Shown: piece after piece, positions 56,529 through 64,000 of the stretch
Position numbering within the stretch: the first letter of the stretch is position 1
Layout: each line of letters opens with the position of its first letter
Source of the DNA: the human T2T-CHM13v2.0 reference genome, Homo sapiens
DNA: 64,000 nt
Assembly: GCF_009914755.1 (NCBI RefSeq)
Contig: NC_060934.1
Reading direction: 5' to 3' (one strand)
The notes under the pieces: generated by a model
The model's database searches: none
What the model was told of the DNA's origin: nothing
The model's input: only the letters and a program-made list of their open reading frames with translations
Made by a program: the position numbers and the translations under genes

Positions 56529-57429
56529 CTTTCTCTCCATTCCTTCATATCATACAAAACAGCCAAATAAAATCCAATAACTATTATTAGCCAGGCTTCT
56601 AATTACTGTTCTGAGGCGGAAAATGAGGGCAGGTAAGGCATTTGTAGCAATCAGAATAGAGAATGCTAGTTCATCTTTCCTTTCTTAATTGTAACCATCC
56701 CTGCATGTCTCTCTCACCCACACACTCACCACCACTACGCCTCCATACCGTTCTACACGTATTTAATAAAAGTATTTCACCGTGTTCTTTGGCAATAATT
56801 ATTTTCACTCCCTTATACAAACACACTAAAAAAATACACTCGTAAAAGCTTTTTCTTTTTAAATCTTGCAGTGCGTGTGACAAAGTGTGAGGCATCTGAC
56901 AGGCAGCCAGCCACCTGTGAAGATCGTTTTTAAACAGATGGTGCACAGCAAATTAGTTCAAATGTAGACATCACAATATAAACCTGGAAAATATTCACGG
57001 ATGTGGATTATGATAATCCCATGACCCAGACCCATTGGTCAGTTGATTCTGGTTAGAATGAAAGACTTTGTCTGCTGAGAGTTTAAAAAAATATAAACTA
57101 GCAGCTTTGTATTTTGGGAATGAAAAATTGCTCTTATGCAATTTTTCATAAGATTATGAAGGAGTCTTTCCTACATATTTCAAACACCTCATTCTTTCTG
57201 GCACTTGCATTTTTTTCCATTGGCAACCAGATATTCCTTACCGACCTCTGTAACAGATTAATGAAGACTCTTCACATCCTGGCTTCTGCCTGCCTTTCCC
57301 ATTCTCCCCTTTCCCCTCTTGGTCCTTAGCAGGTCACGCTCTACTAGTATTGATCCGTTCTCCAGATGGTCTGCACTTGTTTTTATCTTCTCCTGGGCCT
57401 TCATAGATGCAGCTTGATTTCTAGGATAT

Positions 57430-57715
57430 CTTTTCTGCCTTCCTTAAGTGTAAAATTCCTATTTACCCATCTAAGTGCTCCTTGTGTGTCACCCCTCTGT
57501 GAAGATTCTCTGAATACATGATCGCAGAGTAAAGAACTTCTCCCTCCCCATAATCCCTGTTCCACAGTATCAACATTATTCTTACACCCACCTCCTTCCC
57601 TACACTGTGAGCTCAGAGAGGGAAGCATCTGCTTCTTATTATCTCTCCTTCTCAGCACCTGGTCTGGTGTCTGGCATATATTCAATGGTCAGTAAACATT
57701 TGTTGAACAAAATTA
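57430..57715 (+). mobile_element. L2 3' end
   Basis: CTACACTGTGAGCTC...CAGCACCTGG...CTGGCATAT...CAGTAAACATTTGTTGAA. Confidence 0.7.
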
Positions 57716-57859
57716 GAAATGGTTACATATCTGTCCTGAGATTGTAAGTTTCTTGCAGGTCAGGACCATGTTTTATTCAGTTCTCTTTAATATGAACCAG
57801 CAAAGTCACTTTCATGTAAGTACCTAATTAATGTCACTGCACCTATTTGTAAGGGAGTG

Positions 57860-58800
57860 GGAAAACATAGCACCAGGAGTCAAGAGAATAGAGTTCTAGT
57901 CCTTTCCCTGCTAACAATTCATTAGGCAAGTTAGGATAAGTAATATAGCTTTTCTGAACATCAGTGTCCTTTTATGAAAAATGGAGAATAATCATACATT
58001 TCCTATTTCCATTACAGGCCACTAATGAGAATCAAACACATTTTCTAGATTGGGAAGTGCTTTGTGAAGCAAGAGGCAGGATAGTATAGTGAGGATGAGC
58101 TCACACTCTTGAGTCAAATGGGCTCTGTTACCTCTTGGTTGTGTGACCTTGGGTACAGTATTTTACCGCAACACCTGGGGTTGGTCTAGGTCTTGCTGCT
58201 CCCAGCACAGAACGCCAATCACTGAAACAATGTGTATTTCCAGGGCTGATGGTTTTATTTGGGTGCTGCAGACAAGGAGATGGGAGGTCAGTCTCAAATC
58301 CATCTCCCTTACTGACTCAAATTAGGCATTTATATAACAGAAATTTAAGTACATGTAGGAAAATGGGAACTAGGGAGGGGTAAGGAAGATGAGTTGGTCA
58401 ACAAGAAGCAGTTAGTTGGTTAGGCAATCATCATGGGTGAAAGGCCTGACTCCTCATTGTCCAGATGCAGTGATCTGGTAAGTTTCAGTTCCTTGATACT
58501 ATCTGGGAGGCCTGATGTTTGGTTTCCAGAGAAAGGGATTCAGATAGGACAATGGTAAATTTCTCAAGCTTTAAGATTGGGAGGATGAATTTCTATGTTT
58601 ATTCAAAAGAAACAATAAACATCAGTTATATGGAATAATTAGGCTGGTTTCAATTAGTTTATATCTCTGAGTCTCAGTTTCCCATCTGTAAAATAGAGAT
58701 AATGATAGGGTCTACCTCATGAAGTTGCTATGGAGTTTAAATAATTTGTGTGAAGCATTTAGTGCCTTAACAACAAATAGTAAGTCCTAACAGATGATAG
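57860..58800 (+). mobile_element. Two MIRs (~57860-58070 and ~58071-58800, the second split by the MER31-like LTR)
   Basis: GAGTTCTAGTCC...CAGTGTCCTTTTATGAAAAATGGAG and TGTGTGACCTTGGGTA [LTR] TCTCTGAGTCTCAGTTTCCCATCTGTAAAATAG. Confidence 0.7.
58161..58652 (-). mobile_element. MER31A-like ERV1 solo LTR
   Basis: TTACCGCAACACCTGGGGTTGGTCTAGGTC...GCCAATCACTGA...CAGTCTCAAATCCATCTCCC...GGCTGGTTTCA. 4-bp TSD AGTA/ATTA. Confidence 0.75.
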
Positions 58801-60424
58801 TTTTTTTAAAAAATGACAGTTTAACAATTTATATAAGTGCAGGATGTTATTATTACTCACTGATGAATTATTCTTCAACTTTAAGACAAGTAAAAGGAGA
58901 GTCACTCAGATGGAAAAGAGAATACCATACTCTCCCTTCCCCTTGCATGACCTATCCTCCAGCCAGTTCCTGTGACTGTGTTGTCACAAGCAAGAGAGTC
59001 CGCAGCAGATAATAATAGGTTCCCTTTCCACAGGGATGCAAACAGTATGGACAGCATACAGACTTCAGCCTTATCAAATGTTTTATCTGACCCTCAGACA
59101 TTCCCCCACTTAGAAGTGGGATTACTGTGATAGACAGGAAAAGTACACATATCTAGGCAATTCCTAGGGATAGACAGGTCTATTCCCTTTTCAATTTGCT
59201 GTTGCTTGCCATCACTGGTCCCAGACAACTGCCTCAGGCAGCTCTGACTTATGACTTTTCTAGGACTCTTTCTACCTTCCCCAAGCTTGGACACAGCTTT
59301 CCTTTATTAATCCAAAGCAAAGTTAACATTTTTAAATCTCAAGACTTGAGCATAAGATAAGCCAGTTGCAACAAGAAAATGTGAAATTGAATGTGAAATT
59401 CACTAAACATGTATTTGCCGTGACACTTTATGAGTCCTGTATTAACTACCTCTATCCTTAGCCCTGGATTAGGAGCCAAGCCTCACTTCTCCCCTACAGA
59501 TAGGAGACCTTGTGATCATGTCACCACTATTTTTTGGAGTTTAGACTCCTGTTTCCCTGGGATGCATTAGAATACCAACTTCCATACCATTTCAGAAAGC
59601 ACATTCATCACCATCTGTAGGGTAGGGCCTCTGTAATGTTTAGCAATACATTCTCCAAAATTGGAATCACTCAGTCTTAAAGATTTCCTTGTACGAAACA
59701 CTATACTAAATGTGTATTTTGAAAAAAAGGCTCAGTGAGAGCACAATTTTACCAAAGATACCCCCACTTTATGTTTCTAGGCAAAATATACATCTGCATG
59801 CCTAAAAAGGGTCACTCAAAGTTGCCCCTTCTACAATTAAGGGAGGGACTTAAACTAAGGCTGAATTCTAGCTTACCTCAAGTAGACACTGCCTATGCCC
59901 ACTATACCCTCCTTGCCACTTTATAATCTTCCACTTTGAAATAAAGATTTAGACTCCATCTACAGGAACAGGAAAAGCTACTAGAGCATTCAATGAGAAG
60001 TTTGTCCTTCCTTCATTTTATTAGGAGAACAAAATTTTACTACCAAGAACTAGGAACAGTGTCAAGAAACAACTAAACCTGTCATCTAATTATGAGCAGG
60101 AAGACCAACACAGTTAAATTATTATCTAATTTTTTGGTTCTTATTTGGAAATTATTTTAAATAGTCCTTAGAGATTTAAACAATTCCCAAGAAATGTTTT
60201 CAAACACTCTTGCCATTTTAATACACCCATTGTGACCAAAAGTGAATAAACGCATACTTTTCCCTGATATTCTGGAGAATGTTCCAAACAAGACACATTG
60301 GGAAAGCAAATAAAGGTGTCTGCCAATAAAAATCGTTGCTTCCCAAAGAGTCTTCACATATCAGGAGATAGCCCTGATGCTAACATTTTTATCAGGGAAA
60401 GATGAAAAAATAGTGTAAGATGTT

Positions 60425-60705
60425 AATTCCCAGTGGAAGAAAATGAACTCTGGATTCAGATGCAGGTGAGGCTTGGGTTCAAATCCCAGGTCTGCTGCTT
60501 ATTAGCTGCATGAACTTGAGGAAATTATTTAACCTCTTATTGCCTCAAATAACTTCTGTTTAAAATGGAGATAATGGGAGTAAATGCGTCATAGAGTTGC
60601 AATGAGATTTCAGATTGTCCAAGTAAATAAAGATGGTGCACATGCTGTCATGGTGTCCAGCATGAAGCTCAATGCTCAGTGTGCCTTAGCTATTATTGAC
60701 ATCAT
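60425..60705 (+). mobile_element. MIR SINE
   Basis: TGGGTTCAAATCCCAGGTCTGCTGCTTATTAGCTGCATGAACTTG...TAAAATGGAGATAAT. Confidence 0.8.
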
Positions 60706-62732
60706 TATTGCTGCTGCTGTTATTAGGATAAGAAAAAAAAATCTAGCCCAAAAGAAAAGAAACTTATTCCTATGACTAGTAAAATACTCCTTCTTTCCAA
60801 GATCCTTGCAAGTCTAGTTGCACTTAAATATTATGTGGGTGCAATGTCCTAGAATGGGGTAACAACAGTCTTTGCTTCAGAGGAACTTGCCTTCTTCCGA
60901 GAATGCTGAAAAAAACAAAACAACACAAAACAAAAACAGCCATCTGTTCTAAATCTTTTGGATTTGATTCATACTACCTTGTGGGTCTCTTCTTTAAAAT
61001 TCCACTTTGTGTTTTTTTATGCCCTTTGAAGTTCATATAAAATCAATATGTAGAAATCAGCTTTATACATATTAAATTTCTACAAAACACTTCTGTTTGG
61101 AATTCAAGTCTCACAAAGCACTGATCCATGCTTTTTATCATGCTTTTTATTACTATTAGAATAAATGGATGCTGTGCTTGATTATACTTGTTGAGTAGTG
61201 GGTAAAAGACCATGAAATATCCAAATAATCCAGGAATGGCTGCCTTGAAGTCCCCTGGGAAGAAGAGGGATTGCTTGCTAAGAGTCTTTAAAGAACAACA
61301 AGTGCTAAGAAATTTGTTTTGACCCATTAAATTTATATTGGCTTCATAGCTTTCAGGCTTCTCTCACTATCTGCCTTTGCTGCTATCTAAAAGCTGCAAT
61401 ATGGAAATGATCAAGTTTTTGTTCATATGTTAACTGGGTTAGATGATTAAAGTAAGATCAAACTAGATACTAGGTGGTTCCATCCTGGCTCTTGCATTGC
61501 TACTTGTTCAACTCAGCTTATGACGAGTATTCTTTCATTGATGAGAACAAACCCCAGAGAAATAGGAGTCACCTTAGCGAAGAAGTCTTAGAGATTCAAG
61601 AGAGACCCCTACTTAAGCTCTAAGTAAGTGAGACGTCTCAAAGGTATCCTCATCCTTGGTATTAGCATGCCCCTACAGCACAGCAATGACATCCTAGAGA
61701 AGAAGGCTGCTGGAAGAATGCAGTTGCAGATACAAAGAAGTAAATAATGGCCAGGCTTCCTGAGGTGAGCTGTAAATCATAGCAGGGCTGTGCTAGGGAG
61801 GAGGTGGGGCGAAGAGGGTAGACATTAAGTCTAATATGGGCATAAATGGTTGAAGTTTTTAAATGGACTGTATAACTGGGCCACATGCTCCCAATATGTT
61901 AGCCAGTGGTATACTGCATGAACCGTTGCATTTTACTGCTGTGTAACATTGCAAAAGGCAGCTCTTGGGGCCCTGGTTGCAGACGGTGGGTGGATGGCCG
62001 AATGCTTTCCAGGCAGCAGTGCCAGGTTTGGAAGAATCAAAAGGAAGGTTCATCAACCATTGAGATCCTTTAAATTTACAATCACAAACTCTCACAGAAA
62101 CAAAATTAAAATCAACTAGAGAAACTAGATAAGTACATTTCTTTTCACTGACTGGGGCCTAATTTCCCTTAGGTAGGCACACAGGCCCATAACCAGAGTG
62201 AGTGGATGTTATCTCCTACAAAACAAAAATTTAAGTAATTTTTGTAATTTTAAGTAATTTAAGTAATTTTTTTTTTCAATAAAAGATTTTTTTTTGGTGC
62301 TGAAATTTTAACTGAGGGTCCTTGGTAAATTTCTTGCTTTGGAAAATGCATTAATACCTTTTGTTCATCTTACAGAGAACTCTGCCTTTCATGAAAGCTC
62401 ATCCAAGGTAAAATAAAGTTCAGGAAATTGGAAAAATGAGAAACAACCAGTAAGAGAGTTAATTTTGGAGACGAAATATGTATAAAAGTTAGGGTGAAGA
62501 ATAGACATAAAAATACATATATTTTCAAATTTGCCATAGTTTTTTAAATTTTTTGTTTTGAGCTCAGAAATTATAGTTCGGTCACAAAATGGTCAAGCCT
62601 ACTCCATTCTTACCATTTCAGTTTCAATGGACTTGCCCTTGCAGCCAATTCCAGGGGTTGCTTAAGCCACTGGGTATGTCCTATCTCCTAGCCACAGTGA
62701 CAGAGGAAGAGACTCAATTCAGGCTAAATGGT

Positions 62733-62756
62733 AAAAAAAAAAAAAAAAAAAAAAAA
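62733..62756. repeat. Poly(A)24 tract within an MLT1-like remnant
   Basis: Pure A run. Confidence 0.85.
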
Positions 62757-62970
62757 GTTTGCTGGAAATTCTGTGAAAGGAACGCTCTCTCCTCATCTGT
62801 ATCTCCTGCTGGAGTTGCTTGTTCTACAGGTCTTAAACTGCCCCCTGAATGGGATCCAGCCGTGAGAATAAAGCTGATCCACATAAAGACCCAGAGCTGA
62901 GAGCTGGACATAAACTTTTATTTTTGGTCTTTCCTTTTTCTTCTTTTATTTTTAACTTAACTACATACCC

Positions 62971-63395
62971 TGAACGGTTTGTTTGACTCCTCTGAATCTC
63001 ATGTTGAAATGTGATCCCTGATGTTCGAGGTGGGGCTTAATGGGAGGTGTTTGGGTCTTGGGTGCAGATCCATCTTGAGTAGATGAATGCCTTCCCTGGG
63101 ATGGGGGTGTGAATGAATTCTTACTCTATTAGATCCCAGGAGAGCTGGTTGTTAAAAGAGCCTGGCACCTCCCCTCTCTTGCTTCCCCTCTTGCTGTGTG
63201 ATTTCTGCACATGCTGGCTCCCTTTCACCCTGTGTAATGAGTAGAAGTGGCCTGACAATCTCACTAGAAGCTGAGGAGATGCAAATGCCATGCTTCTTGT
63301 ACAGCCTGAAGAATAATGAGCCAAATAAACTCTTTTTCTTTATAAATTACCCAGCCTCAGGTATTCTTTTATAGCAATACAAACAAACTAAGACA
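62971..63395 (+). mobile_element. MSTB-type MaLR solo LTR
   Basis: TCTCATGTTGAAATGTGATCCC...GGGAGGTGTTTGGGTC...AAATTACCCAGCCTCAGGTATTCTTTTATAGCAA...ACTAAGACA. Confidence 0.88.
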
Positions 63396-63721
63396 CTGGT
63401 CATGGGGATAGGCCATGGGATTAAACTTGCTCATTGTTATTTTCAGTGCTATTACTGTCACTATACCTAACTATTTGAATGCATTCACTATTCATTATTA
63501 GGGAAGCAATGCAGTTTTAAACCCTTAATTTCATTCTACCTACTTCTAAAAAGAACTGTTAGATTCTCTAATCAGTCCTCAGAAATTATTCATTAAAGCA
63601 TCAAGTTTACCCTTCCCAAATTATATATGAAGAAACTGGGCATTCAGGTCTTTGCCCTGAAACACTGGAGAAATAAATGGCTAAGAGGAGAATATAGTTT
63701 TTCCCTTAAGTACTGTATCTA

Positions 63722-64000
<279 letters not shown>

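Noticed and set aside
62230-62276. Short TAAGTAATT repeats as an array
   Set aside because: Simple AT-rich slippage; no spacers, not CRISPR-like.

Overview
Primate (most likely human or great ape) AT-rich intergenic DNA with no intact protein-coding gene, RNA gene or CRISPR array. It contains three large insertions. (1) A full-length but inactivated LINE-1 (2140-8195, +, 15-bp TSD) with L1PA3-type diagnostics and the short 5' UTR lacking the 129-bp ZNF93-binding segment, nested in an MLT1 LTR. (2) A near full-length Tigger1 DNA transposon (33684-36375, -) carrying an AluS. (3) A processed pseudogene of DBF4/ASK (50600-52997, -, 11-bp TSD; possibly DBF4P1). The rest is old MIR, L2, L1M, MaLR/ERV LTR and MER5 debris, four Alus, microsatellites and repeat-poor stretches. 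Four observations stand out. The DBF4 retrocopy cleanly lacks 125 nt of CDS, as expected from an exon-skipped mRNA, which removes both His ligands of the Dbf4-C zinc finger. It inserted into the target-site duplication of a much older L1MB, so the same nick site was apparently used twice. It keeps a CpG-dense 5' end with cell-cycle promoter motifs. A 14.4-15.7 kb segment has three perfect hairpins plus a duplicated splice-acceptor-like 80-mer. I found no convincing novel multi-gene system. Subfamily calls and DBF4 comparisons rely on recalled consensus sequences and need alignment to confirm.
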